DNA of 64,000 nucleotides from Ruditapes philippinarum (lineage: Eukaryota). Every line of letters begins with the position of its first letter. The stretch's first letter is position 1. The position numbers and the translations under genes were made by a program. The stretch spans positions 1 through 64,000 of the forward strand of contig NW_026859351.1 of NCBI RefSeq assembly GCF_026571515.1. Direction: 5' to 3'. A model generated the notes under the pieces. It did no database searches. It was not told where the DNA came from and worked only from the letters and a program-made list of their open reading frames with translations. Positions 1-13,804 of the stretch are shown here, in pieces.

Positions 1-132
1 AAAGGAAAAATTTCATGGCCATTTACCCTTTACTTTTGCAATTACAAGTATAAGTATTGTTATGTCAATTATTTATTCAATATTTATTTATTTTAATTGG
101 TATTCAAGTATCAGTATCAGATAGATATTTAC

Positions 133-1310
133 CAGCAACTGTTTCCTCGGTGATATTCACAATTCCACAGTGAATAAACTGGACCAACATTCGGAACACC
201 TCAGAATCGTATTTCTTGACAGGGATAACAAGTCTTTGTGATAATGACCGACCTATTCCAACTGCCTTGCACGTGCTTTTCTTTGACTTCTTGTTACTTT
301 TGGCGTTCCTTTCTTTGTCAGCAGCTTCCATAGACATATGCTTTAATATCAGTTGATACATAACCCTGAAATAATATATGGATACATTAGATAAATCATT
401 CAAGATGAGCTCCAAGTCGTTTATTATATTACTTTTCAATATTGGATTAACGGCTGGGCAAAAAAGTTATCCCTACTAAATTAATACACTCCGTACCAAA
501 AAGTATAATATAAAGGCAAAAGAAAATGGTACTAGTGGTCAACAAGTACATGTACAATTATGTTCTCCATAATCATAATGCTCATGTGTTTACATTGAAA
601 TTTCAATTAGAGTTTTCTTACAATTTAATTATATAGCTACATGTAGTTTAATATTGTTTTAGAATGCATTTTCATAAAAAAAATTCCTTCCTATACCAGG
701 AAGAGGAAACAGTTTTCCCCCTAGAAGGCGACAGAAATGAAATTACCTGCTTCGTGTACCCATGATTGCGCGAACTCCGTGCACTGGTACTTCACGCGGT
801 CCAACAACAAATGTGACGTCGCACATCTCGGGCATTGCTAAAATTAGTTTCAGGTGTTCTGAGAGCGAATGTGTGCTTCTAAAATTCATGATTTCTTCAT
901 CTTTGTTCATTGGTAAGAAGTTATTATGACTGTCTTGTAATCTACTGTCAAGGCTGTCACGTGATCCCCAAGAACTGACTGACTCCATATCTGTAGATTC
1001 ATAGCCCGACGAGGAATCTGAAAAAAAGATTAAGAAATGGAAACCACTTATTTAAAATAATAATTAAACTAATTCAGTGTAAACGCGTTAACTAAATATC
1101 ACAGAAAAACACGTAATATATGCATTTAAATGTGTATGTCCACTCTAAACTTAATCAAAAGAGATCATATCGAAATATAATTTTAATCCTATAAACGCTA
1201 TAAAACTAAAATTACGTACCTTCATAATCGTAATCAAAGGCTTTATTGGCAAACAAATCATCATTTCCAGCAGCGTCCATCAATGGTAGGGTAGTATATG
1301 ATGATTCCAT
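133..1310 (-). CDS. BTB/POZ protein, gprs-like, copy 1 (partial; exons 4-5 lie before the window start)
   Basis: Exons 1310-1220, 1017-747 and 365-133 join in phase with GT-AG introns. Motifs LAMPEMCDVTFVVG..VRAIMGTRSRV and FRMLVQFIHCG are BTB-type. A LINE separates the ATG from its TATA box. Confidence 0.85.
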
Positions 1311-1343
1311 GTTGTAGTATTAGATCTATTGTACTGTTATTCT

Positions 1344-4300
1344 AAACTTGGTTATCTAAAAATGATACATTTGACTTTAATATTAGTGAATATAATGTTG
1401 AACATTTATATGGTAACAAATCAAAAAATGTGTCAAAAGGACGTTATAGTGGAGGAATTTCTTTTTATTACAAGTCTTATTTGAAGCAATATGTACACAT
1501 TGTTGAAAAACATGACTATGGTGTAATATGGGTAAAACTTTCACGTGTATTGTTTAATTTTGATCAAGATGTATTTGTATGTCGTGTTTATATTCCACCA
1601 GCTCAGTCTAAGGTACTTAAACATGTAGATTTTGATTTTTTCGAACAGATAGAATATGATGTTATAAGATATAATGACCTAGGGAAAGTTTTTGTTTCCG
1701 GTGATCTGAATAGTAGGACTTCCGATTTCCCTGATTATTTAGTCTATGATAAGTATTTAGACCAAAATATATCTTTTTTGAATATACGTGATGTGCCTTT
1801 AAGAGTAAACAAGGATCATGTGATTGACAGTCATGGGCGGCGCTTAATAGATATATGCCAATCGACAGGGTTATTAATAGCCAACGGCCGAATTTACAAT
1901 GATCGAAACAGGGGTGACTTTACTTTTTGTGCAAACGGTGGCCTCTCAACTGTAGATTATCTGTTACTGAATTTTGAAGATTTTGATTCGCTCAACGATT
2001 TTGATATTCTTGAATTTAATGAATATTCGGATCATGCACCATTGCTGTTTTCGTTTTCAAGAAAAAATGATAATAACATTTTTAACTGTGAAGAGTCAAA
2101 TATCGAAAACGATACTAAACTGATATGGGACGCGGATAAAGTACCCCTGTTCAGGTCGAATATATTGAATAATAACTATGACGTTATACAGTCATTGAAT
2201 GAAATTGTGCGCAATGAACCGATAGACCACGTGTTACAGAAATTTACCGATCTATTATTACGTGAAACACGTGCCGTATTTAATAAAGAGTTTCATAGGT
2301 ATACGCGCGACACTGGTCATCGATCTAGCCAAAAATGGTTTGATGCTGATTGCGTTAATGCAAAACGCGACTTTAAAAGAAAGCGTAATATCTTTAATAG
2401 AGATAAGTCAGATACAAATATGACCCTTTTCGTTAGCGCGAGAACAAACTATAATCGTATTAAACGTAAAGCGATTAAAAAACATAAAATAGCTGAGGGT
2501 AAAAAAATTAACCAATTGGCCAAAACTCAGCCAAGAAAATTTTGGAAAACTATTAGAAAAACATTTAAAAAGAAAACGGCGGAAGCTGACGATCTAAATG
2601 TCGAGCAACTTCATGACCACTTCAGGTCATTATTTGGAGAACCCCCGGGATTGGATATAAATAACAATAATTTGACCATTGAGAATAATGTACGAAACGA
2701 TATTTTAGATCGTGATATTTCTGAGGAAGAAATACGTGCGGCTGTATTTTCCCAAAATAACAACAAATCTCCCGGACCCGACATGCTTATATCAGAGGTT
2801 TTTAAATCTACTTACGATGTTTTCTCCCCGTTTTTACATAAATTGTATAATAGAATATTTCAATGTGGGGAATACCCACAGTCTTGGGGAGAGGGTATAA
2901 TTACACCTATTTTTAAAAAGGGTGATACTAATGACCCCCAAAACTACCGCGGCATTACACTTATAAATATCTTGGCAAAAATATATTCCCAAATCCTACT
3001 AAATAGGCTCACGAAGTGGTCAGAAGAGAATGAAAAGATCTGCAAGAACCAATATTGTTTTCAGAAAGGAAAATCTATTGTAGACGACATATTTATCTTA
3101 CAATCTGTAATACCAAAAGTACTTAACTCTGGTGATAAACGTTAATGCATTTTTAAAGATTATGAGAAATGCTTCGATAAGATAGACAGGACATATTTAT
3201 GGCATAAATTGCTCAAAGAAAACGTAAGTTCTAGTCTTGTGAGAGCTTTAAAGTCAATGTATATGACGGTAAAATCGTGTGTTAAATATAAGTCGAATTA
3301 TTCATTATTCCGACTTTTTCGAGTCGCATAAAGGTTTGAAGGAGGGGGACCCGTGTTCCCCTCTGCTGTTTATGTTCTTCGTGAACGACATCTTAAGGTA
3401 TATTAATACCGACCTAGAAGGTATTTTCTCTATTGATGAACTTCAGCTATTCTTAATACTTTTCGCAGACGACCAAGTATTGTTTGCTAAGTCCCCGCAG
3501 AGTTTACAGTCGATGATGTCTGATGTCGAGAGATACTGTAGTCTTTGGGATTAAAGATAAATACCTCGAAAACAAAAGCAATGATTTTTGAAAAGGGCAG
3601 ACATACACACCATGACTTTTATGTTAACGACACCCTTATTGAACTGGTGAATTCATTCAAATATTTAGGTATCACTTTGTTAAAGAACGGAAACTGGTAT
3701 AGAACTCAGAAATATATATCTGAACATGCCTCATTTGCTCTTTATAACGTTTTTACCATATTTAATAATATTGAGTTGTCTGTTTCTCAGAAATGTAAAA
3801 TTTTTGATTCACTTGTCGGCTCAATCCTTAACTTTGGATCAGAAATTTGGGGAATGCATGACGGACGCGATGTTGAAAAAATACATACAAAATTTTTGAG
3901 ACGACTTTTATGCGTTCGAAAATCAACTAACATCTCGGCGCTATACGGTGAATTAGGCCGTTACCCTTTTTCTGTGATGAGACAAATTAAGATGATTAAG
4001 TTTTGGGTGAAAATTATTAAGCTTGACGATACAGAGATTGTTAAAAAAGTTTATTCAATGCTTAAGCAAGATGTTGATTCTGGGAATACATATAACTAAA
4101 AAAACTGGGCTTTTTGTATTAAAAACATTTTAACAACCCATGGTTTAGCGTATGTATGGATTAACCAGTTTGATATAGATATTCCCTTTGTCATTATCAG
4201 ACAAAGAATTATAGATACTTTTATACAGAAGTGGTATACTGATATAAACAATTCTGGTCGCCTGCAAACTTATAGCATTTTTAAACATGATTTTAAATGT

Positions 4301-5543
4301 GAAAAGTATTTTGATTTAATTACAGACAAAAATCATAGAATTGCTCTTACTAAATTTAGAACGTCATCACATAACTTATGTGTATAATCTGGTCGATATG
4401 AAAATATACCAAGATCAGAAAGAATATGTAAATCTTGTTTAATGAGACAACCTGAAACAGAGTATCATTTTTTGTTAGTCTGTCCACGTTATAGAGAATT
4501 GAGGAAAAGGTTTTTTAAACCTTATTATTGTCACTGGCCGTCTGTTATAAAATTCGACAGCCTAATGTCTTCTAATTCTAAGAAAACTATATGTGCTTTA
4601 TCTAAATTTATTTACTTAGCAAATAGACAACGTATTTCATAGTATCTCTTCTAGTAATATCTGAAAATGAAATATATTCGAACCATAATTTATTGTTTAA
4701 GATGTTTGCATTTGCATGTATATCTTTCAAAGGAACTGTCTTGCAACAGTGAATATTACGTTTAGTCTGTAGGACTTTAGTGTTCTTCATGTCTTTATAT
4801 TTTAGAAAATGACAGAATAAGTTAAGTGCAAACTATTCAGGATATTGTAGGTTGGCGTCTGTTTATTTGAAACTTATGCATGCAAGTGCAACATATATAT
4901 TAAACATGTTAAATATTGAATATTAAACATAATATTCTATGAATCATCCTATGTTTACTGGAAAATCTATGTTTTGATCTCCATACATTGTATATATTAC
5001 AATTGATACTTGTTATAAAATTCGGTAGCCTAATGTCTTCTAATTCTATGAAAACTATATTGTGCTTTGTCTAAATTTATTTACTTAGCAAATAGACAAC
5101 GTATTTCATAATATCTCTTCTAGTAATATTTGAAAATGAAATATATTCGAACCATAACTTATTGTTTAAGATGTTTGCGTTTGCATGTATATCTTTCAAA
5201 AGAACTGACTTGCAACAGTGAATATTACTTTTAGTCTAAAGGACTTTAGTGTTCTTCATGTCTTTATATTTTAGAAAATGATAGAATAAGTTAAGTGCAG
5301 ACTATTATTCAGGATATTGTAGGTTGGCGTCTGTTTATTTGAACCTTATGCATGCAAGCGCAACATATATATTAAACATGTTAAATATCATATTGAATAT
5401 TGAACATAATATTCCATGAAACATCTTATGTTTGCTGGAAAAATCCATGTTTTGATCTCCAAACATTGTATATATTACAATTTATACTTGTTATAAGCAT
5501 TGTACTATGCTTTATACAAATAAACTTATCGTATTCGTATTCG
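1344..5543 (+). mobile_element. 5'-truncated, degenerate LINE (APE endonuclease, RT, C-terminal Cys/His motif), RTE-X-like
   Basis: Motifs GDLNSR, SDH, KSPGPD, NYRGITL, GDPCSPLLF, FADD and ETEYHFLLVCP. In-frame stop at 3143-3145 plus frameshifts. (TATTCG)n tail. TATTCT flanks at 1338-1343 and 5544-5549; the empty site is visible in copies 2-3. Clade assignment is tentative. Confidence 0.92.
4543..5496 (+). repeat. ~470-bp tandem duplication of the LINE ORF2 end and 3' UTR
   Basis: Units start at 4543 and 5011. TGTTATAA occurs at 4543, 5011 and 5489. Confidence 0.9.
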
Positions 5544-5571
5544 TATTCTTTAATGGCAAGTTCGTAAATGA

Positions 5572-5602
5572 CTGGAGATACTAATTTTGTGTTTTTTATA
5601 TA
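5572..5602 (-). promoter_or_regulatory. TATA/Inr core promoter of BTB copy 1, displaced by the LINE
   Basis: Minus-strand TATATAAA at 5602-5595 with CCAGTC ~29 nt downstream; homologous to the promoters of copies 3 and 4. Confidence 0.6.
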
Positions 5603-6430
5603 CGTTTTAATGTTTCAGCTTACCTTGATCACTTTTTTATCGCCCTGACAGAGCAGTTCTTGTCACTTCATGATATATTGTTATTAGTTACTGGGAGATT
5701 TTAGAATAAATCTGACGCTCAAAAGTGTGAAAAATAGTTGGTTTGGCCTTTGTTTGTAAATTTTAATGACATTAAAATATAGTAAACAACCCTGATATAA
5801 GAAGCATGTTTTTCGCAGGTTTGTTGTCTTAAATTCTAGTTAGAATCTAATGCCATTTAGAAATTTGATTGTAGAAATTAAAGGATAAGTATTTAATTTT
5901 ATGACTTTATTGCCTTTTTTGCGTGCAATAATTACAGTTATAAAGTTTCTGTCAACATGCAGCCGAAGGCATATATATTAAGATAATATGGTTTATATAG
6001 TTTCTCTGATGCAGCCTAAATTTGTTGCAATATTCATGGAGCTAAATATATATATCTGTGCAATATCTGATCAATAAATTACTAAAATAGTTGAAATTCG
6101 GTGCAGGCCCTACATAAGTGGAGACAGGGAGGTATATTTAGGTTCCTTGTCGAGGCATAGGCTATTTTGCTCAGTGAAAATAATAGATGGAGAGTAAGGC
6201 CCCTTCAGAATTATAGCAGTTAATGTAAAGTCCGATTTACAAAATCCAATCCCTATAAAAAAAAGTATGGGGACATATTTTCTAACAAACTTTACAGTAC
6301 TGCTACTATTGATAGGATTTCTAGTTCCTGTGAAAGTACATCGGATAACTTTTTTTTTTCGTTATAAATACTACTTATAAATATCATATGTCTGTATAAT
6401 TCTGGTCCAAAAAGATGTATTAATCTATTA

Positions 6431-6432
6431 TC

Positions 6433-6479
<47 letters not shown>
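6431..6479. repeat. (TAT)n microsatellite
   Basis: Directly visible. Length differs at the paralogous sites (~11075-11150, ~16936-16950). Confidence 0.95.
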
Positions 6480-6481
<2 letters not shown>

Positions 6482-7079
6482 ATGACAAATAATAAAATAA
6501 TAAAACCATTAGATTTACTTTGTTATCGTTTTTCAAATAATATCAAAAAATACATTATGATCCATCTGGAAGCTGGAGCATTCTTCTCGGCCCTTTCCGA
6601 CAAACTTCGGATAAGGTTATTATTAAATAGCCGAGAAATTTCAATGCGGAAGCTGGAGTAATGGTTGAATGAGAAAATCTCATTGAGCATCATATCGTTT
6701 GAAAGGTCTAATGAAACAGACTTCTATTACCGCGTTTATCATAATAGATGTGTATTACATTTGTATTATGTTTTAAAGCTCGCCTGATCTTAGCTCACTT
6801 AAGCATTAAGGCTCAGTTGTGAACCTTAGTGGTATCATGATGTGCATTGTATGATATGATAGACAATTACTTTAAAAGCACATTATGCCCTACAAATGAA
6901 TAATATTTTCATTTATTAGAAAGGGCAAACGTGGTTGTAGCATTGAAATATGGTTTAGAGCATGTTAACACACTTATAACCTGAAAATATAAACATTGAA
7001 TGTGAAAGTATGTCATAAAAGTAGCAAAATTTAAACAAAGTGGTATTTTTACTTCCATACAAAAAACTTAATCACAGTT

Positions 7080-7448
7080 CCGTCCATGAACAGGCTCAAT
7101 CAAACCGAGCCTGCAACATTTTCAATTTTGTCGTGTTGGGCTTTCTTTAGGGATTCTGTATTTCTCTATTTCACTAAAACGTCCAAAACGGTAAAATCGA
7201 AAATATTGCAGGCTCTGTTTTATTCATGGACGGTAGTGGCAAGTACAAGGTACCGTCCAGGTACCCCCCTCCAGCTACGACTTAAGTAAAGTTCACAAGA
7301 ATCAGCTTGTTAAGGATTAACTGTCGCATATTCAATCATGCTGGAAACACCAGAATAATAGTGAAAAACAGAATCCCTAAAGAAAGCCCAACACGGCAAA
7401 ATTGTAAAATGTTGCAGGCTCGGTTTGATTGAGCCTGTTCATGGACGG
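7080..7448. mobile_element. MITE with ~85-bp TIRs
   Basis: CCGTCCATGAACAGGCTCAATCAAACCGAGCCTGCAACA is inverted at the right end and followed by TA. Confidence 0.8.
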
Positions 7449-8381
7449 TACAAGTTAACAGTGCAAGTTACCTTCCCCGCCCACTAGCACCGGCTTAAGC
7501 AGAATTCAACATTTAAACACAAAAATGGTGAATTTTGAATTTAGAAACATCTGCAGATGTGTTGATACGGTGGTTATCATGGAACCTTCAATATGACACA
7601 GTAGTGTCATTCCATGAAAAGCGGCGCATGGTCCCCAAGTAAAAGAATGCGTGTGCCCTGAACGAGAAAACAATGGGCGGAACTGGTTCATATTCTATCT
7701 GGTTCGAGAAGGCATAAAGTGACGTATAAAAACGCCCCTTGTCTATTTCATTTTCTCAGACAATAACGCTGATAATACAATTTTGAGTAAGACGTACTCC
7801 ATACAAAATTTGACTTTAATTCATCAAATTTTCCCAAAAAGTGTAACTAGTAATGCTTTGCAAGGATAACACAAGTTTCAAGTTTAGTATTAGTTAAGAT
7901 TATTATTCTGTCTCCTTTACTTTATCCACGTGCATCGAAATTATTTGGTAAAGGGCATGTCTAGACTTAGATCCGTATGTATTACTCCATACAAAATTTG
8001 ACTTTAATTCATAAAATTTTATATATGTAACTAGTAATGATTTGCAAGGATAACACAAGTTTCAAGTTTAGTATCAAGATTTTCATACTTTACTTTGTCC
8101 GCGTGCATGGAAATTATTTGGTAAAGGGCATGTCTAGACTTAGATCCGTATGTATTACCATACAATAAATGGATTAGGCAAAATAGAGAGAAATAAAGAA
8201 CGCAGCCACAATACAAAAGGAAAACATCAATGCTTTGCTTAGAAATTTTATTTTACAAAAACAAACCATAACAAATAAATTATACACCAACAAAAAATAT
8301 AACAATCAATAATTTAATTAATAATCAATTTAGCACATTTTCGAAATTAATCACTTTGAATTGCTGACACCAGGTCTAAGA

Positions 8382-10199
8382 TTAAACTGGAGTTTCTTCA
8401 AGTTTGCCGATACATCGTTTGTCCAAAACTGAATAAATCTGGAATATAAAATAGAGAATGATAATAAATATAAGCACACTAATATGAGTGACATAAAAGA
8501 AATGAATGTAATAACAATCTAATGACACAAATACTTTTATATAGGTGTGAAATTATAAATGTAAAACGCAAAAAAATGGATCTTAAAAAAACTCGACTAA
8601 AAAATCACACAAGAACCGTTTTAAAATTCATTAATAATGAACTTACCCTATCAAATAATGTTTTGGAAGCTTTATGCTGGCTGTAACATCTTGTAGAAAA
8701 GAGCAGTTTCTCAGCTCTACCGACCTTGATACATCTCTCAACAAAATCTAAACAAGCTTTGATCAGATCTGGTAGCTCAAAATGGGAGGCAGCACAAAAT
8801 AAACCTGAAATTCATAAAATCGTATTAAATAAACGTTTCTGTAAACATGCAAAAATATTTGAAATATAGCCATTTCAACCAATAACAGTAAAGTTGCACC
8901 TCTTTTCAAAACGTTAAGGAATTAATGGAATATTCACCATGCCCCCAATGACTTTGCGATTATGATGTTTTGTAATTTCAATAGTTTTTCTATATTCAAG
9001 TAACAGATAGATATTTACCAGCAACTGTTTCCTCGGTGATATTCACAATTCCACAGTGAATAAACTGGACCAACATTCGGAACACCTCAGAATCGTATTT
9101 CTTGACAGGGATAACAAGTCTTTGTGATAATGACCGACCTATTCCAACTGCCTTGCACGTGCTTTTCTTTGACTTCTTGTTACTTTTGGCGTTCCTTTCT
9201 TTGTCAGCAGCTTCCATAGACATATGCTTTAATATCAGTTGATACATAACCCTGAAATAATATATGGATACATTAGATTAATCATTCAAGATGAGCTTCA
9301 AGTTGTTCATTAAATTACTTTTCAATATTAGATTAACGGCTGGGCAAAAATGTTATCCCTACCAAATGAGTTCACCCCATACCAAAAAGTATAAAATAAA
9401 GGCAAAAAAATGGTACAAATATGGTTAACATGTACATGTACATTTATGTTCTCCATTATCATAATGCTGATGTGTTTACATTGAAATTTCAATTAGAATT
9501 TTCTTACAATTTAATTATATAGCTACATGTAGTTTAATATTGTTTTAGAATGCATTTTCATAAAAAAATCCTTCCTATACCAAACTTTTAGGAAGAGGAA
9601 ACAGTTTTTCCCCTAGAAGGCGACAGAAATGAAATTACCTGCTTCGTGTACCCATGATTGCGCGAACTCCGTGCACTGGTACTTCACGTGGTCCAACAAC
9701 AAACGTGACGTCGCACATCTCGGGCATTGCTAAAATTAGTTTCAGGTGTTCTGAGAGCGAATGTGTGCTTCTAAAATTCATGATTTCTTCATCTTTGTTC
9801 ATTGGTAAGAAGTTATTATGACTGTCTTGTAATCTACTGTCAAGGCTGTCACGTGATCCCCAAGAACTGACTGACTCCATATCTGTAGATTCATAGCCCG
9901 ACGAGGAATCTGAAAAAATATATTAAGAAATGGAAACCACTTATTTAAAACAATATTTAAACTAATTCAGTGTGAACGCGTTAATTAAATATCACAGACA
10001 AACACGTAATATATGCATTTAAATGTGTATGTCCACTCTAAACTTAATCCAAAGAGATCATATCGAAATATAATTTTATATAAACGCTATAAAACTAAAA
10101 TTAGGTACCTTCATAATCGTAATCAAAGGCTTTATTGGCGAACAAATCATCATTTCCAGCAGCGTCCTTCAATGGTAGGGTAGTATATGATGATTCCAT
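8382..10199 (-). CDS. BTB/POZ gprs-like protein, copy 2 (269 aa)
   Basis: Exons 10199-10109, 9909-9639, 9251-9019, 8804-8647 and 8438-8382 give 810 nt in phase, ending KLEETPV*. Confidence 0.9.
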
Positions 10200-11751
10200 G
10201 TTGTAGTATTAGATCTATTGTACTGTTATTCTTTAATGGCAAGTTCGTAAATGACTGAAGATACTAATTTTGTGTTTTTAAACGTTTTAATGTTTCAGCT
10301 TACCTTGATCACTTTTTTATCGCCCTGACAGAGCAGTTCTTGTCATTTCATGATATATTGTTATTAGTTACATTAATCTGACGCTCAAAAGTGTGAAAAA
10401 TAGTTGGTTTGACCTTTGTTTGTAAATTTTAATGACATTAAAATATAGTAAACAACCCTGATATAAGAAGCATGTTTTTCGCAGGTTTGTTGTCTTAAAT
10501 TCTAGTTAGAATCTAATGCCATTTAGAAATTTGATTGTAGAAATTAAAGGATAAGTATTTAATTTTATTACTTTATTGCCTATTGTGCACAAAATAATTA
10601 CAGTCATAAAGTTTCTGTCAACATGCAGCCCAAGACATACATATTAAGATAATATGGAATATATAGTGTCTCAGATGCAGCCTAAATTTGTTGCAATATT
10701 CATGGAGCTAAATATATATATCTGTGCAATATCTGATCAATAAATTACTAAAATAGTTGAAATTCGGTGCAGGCCCTACATAAGTGGAGACAGGGAGGTA
10801 TATTTAGGTTCCTGGTCGAGGTATAGGCTATTTTGCTCAGTGCTCAGAGCAAGGCCCCTTCAGAATTATAGCAGTTACTGTAAAAACCGATTAAAGAAAT
10901 TCATCCCAATAAAAAAGTATGGGGATATATTTTTTTAACAAACAGTACTGTTACTATTGACAGGATTTCTAGTTGCTGTGAAAGTCCATTGGATAACTTT
11001 TTTTTTCGTTATAAATACTACTTATAAATATCATATGTCTGTATAATTCTGGTCCAAAAAAAAAGATGTAATAATCTATTATTATTATAATTATTATATT
11101 TATTATAATTATTATTATTATTTATTATTATTTTTATTATTATTATTAACATGACAAATAATAAAATAATAAAACCATTAAATTTACTTTGTTAAAGTTT
11201 TTCAAATAGTATCAAAATATATATTATTATGATCCATCAGGAAGCTGGAGCAATCTTATCGGCCCTTTCCGACAAACTTCGGATAAGGTTATTATTAAAT
11301 AGCCGAGAAATTTCAATGCGGAAGCTGGAGTAATGGTTGAATGAGAAAATCTTATTGAGCATCATATCGTTTGAAAGGTCTAATCAAACAGACTTCTATT
11401 ACCGCGTTTATCATAATAGATGTGTATTACATTTGTATTATGTTTTAAAGCTCGCCTGATCTTAGCTCACTTAAGCATTAAGGCTCAGTTGTGAACCTTA
11501 GTGGTATCATGATGTGCATTGTATGATATGATAGACAATTACTTTAAAAGCATATTATGCCCTACAAATGAATAGTATTTTCATTTATTAGAAAAGGCAA
11601 ACATGGTTATAACATTGAAAAATGGTTTAGAGCATGTTAACACACTTATAACCTGAAAATATAAGCATTGAATGTGAAAGTATGTCATAAAAGTGGCAAA
11701 ATGTAAACAAAGTGGTATTTTTACTTCCATACAAAAAACTTAATCACAGTT

Positions 11752-12120
11752 CCGTCCATGAACAGGCTCAATCAAACCGAGCCTGCAACATTTTCAATTT
11801 TGTCGTGTTGGGCTTTCTTTAGGGATTCTGTATTTCTCTATTTCACTAAAACGTCCAAAACGGTAAAATCGAAAATATTGCAGGCTCTGTTTTTATTCAT
11901 GGACGGTAGTGGCAAGTACAAGGTACCGTCCAGGTACCCCCTCCAGCTACGACTTAAGTAAAGTTCACAAGAATCAGCTTGTTAAGGATTAACTGTCGCA
12001 TATTCAATCATGCTGGAAACACCAGAATAATAGTGAAAAACAGAATCCCTAAAGAAAGCCCAACACGGCAAAATTGTAAAATGTTGCAGGCTCGGTTTGA
12101 TTGAGCCTGTTCATGGACGG
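11752..12120. mobile_element. Paralogous copy of the 7080-7448 MITE
   Basis: Near-identical sequence and TIRs. Confidence 0.8.
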
Positions 12121-12683
12121 TACAAGTTAACAGTGCAAGTTACCTTCCCCGCCCACTAGCACCGGCTTAAGCAGAATTCAACATTTAAACACAAAAATGG
12201 TGAATTTTGAATTTAGAAACATCTGCAGATGTGTTGATACGGTGGTTATCATGGAACCTTCAATATGACACAGTAGTGTCATTCCATGAAAAGCGGCGCA
12301 TGGTCCCCAAGTAAAAGAATGCGTGCTGAACGAGAAAACAATGGGCGGAACTGGTTCATATTCTATCTAGTTCGAGAAGGCATGAAGTGACGTATAAAAA
12401 CGCCCTTTGTCTATTTCATTTTCTCAGACAATAACGCTGAGAAAACTTTGTTACAATTTTGAGTAAGACGTACTCCATACAAAATTTGACTTTAATTCAT
12501 AAAATATTATATACGTAACTAGTAATGATTTGCAAGGATAACACAAGTTTCAAGTTTAGTATGAAGTTAAGATTTTCATTCTTTCTACTTTACTTTGTCC
12601 ACGTGCATCGAAATTATTTGGTTAAGGGCATGTCTAGACTTAGATCCGTATGTATTACTCCATACAAAATTTGACTTTAATTC

Positions 12684-13804
12684 TGTAACAAGGTGTATTT
12701 TTCGGGTAATCTGTGTTTTGAGATGTTCCCTAGCTTTCCTGTGTTTTTATCCATATTGTTTATGTAAGAGTGCTTTCCCCTTGACTTTGGCGGGAATTTG
12801 TACGTGTCTCGTGAATCTCGTTTTCATTTCGTTCAGTGCGTTGGTTGGTAGCCATTGAGAGAGGAAGGTCTCTCTGTTCAGAAGTTGTGATGTTTTTTAC
12901 ACTTTAACATGTTTCTTTTTGGTTGGAAACAGTTCATCTTTGTATAAGGTAACTATTGCAATGGCTGAAGTAATTTATTAAAGAATTATTCTTTGTTATT
13001 TTGGCTAAGTAATGTACATGTTTCATTTCGAAGATAAATCCAAGATGGCTACTACTTTCAACTTTTAATCCTAATTATGCTATCTTTTACTTATCTCAAC
13101 TAATTTGCATGTGTATAATAATTAATGCATTGTTCTTCACAGCAGCACTCGGTGAGATTCATTTGTGTGGATTTGTGTGGATGATGGCGTATATCTTATT
13201 TGTGTAAAAGGGCTAAAGATCCTACAGATCTGTAAGTTGATATTTTATTGTCTATGAGAGAAATGTTTTATATATATATTAGGTACTTTGATGAATTATT
13301 GAATTCTAATAACTTTTGCATTGTTACAACTAAATGTAAGCACAGGGACCACTTTATCATTGAGTAATGGACTGCTATAATTAAGAACTATGAACTTAGC
13401 TATGAACTATGTTATTGACATAATTGGAGATGTATAAATAGCTGTGGATTTGAACCACGAGTTAGTTTGGGTATTTTACCTACTCCAGGTAAAATGTATA
13501 TTTATTATGAATGATATAAAAGAGAGATAACTCTTTATATGACTTATAAGAATCTCCAATCATTTGGTAAGGATTGTTACTATTTACTATTTCAGTGCCT
13601 ACCTTGTTCACATGCTTATATGATTACGTAGACTGATGGTTGGTAACTTGGTTTACAAGATGTACCGGTATACTTTGTGAATATGTCAGATGAACTGTTG
13701 TAAATAATGTAAAGATTTGGTTTGTCAATAAACTACATATGATCGAACCTGAAGAGAAGATTTTGTATATATTGATACCCCTGAAGAGATATCCCAAAAT
13801 TACA
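12684..13804. mobile_element. Solo LTR (1121 bp), probably Gypsy
   Basis: TGTAA...TTACA ends, 4-bp TSD ATTC (12680-83 and 13805-08), internal AATAAA near 13727. Empty site TTTAATTCATAAAA at ~8003. Confidence 0.85.

Noticed and set aside
1430-4642. Active or domesticated reverse transcriptase gene
   Set aside because: 5'-truncated, with a premature stop and several frameshifts.
6292-6483. Poly-Ile ORF
   Set aside because: Translation of a (TAT)n microsatellite.
7086-7289. Repeated 67-aa ORF (also at 11758)
   Set aside because: Lies in a MITE arm, recurs only through the segmental duplication, and the copies differ by a frameshift.
13745-13795. Two CTGAAGAG motifs as hammerhead ribozyme cores
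   Set aside because: No properly placed GAAA or flanking stems found.
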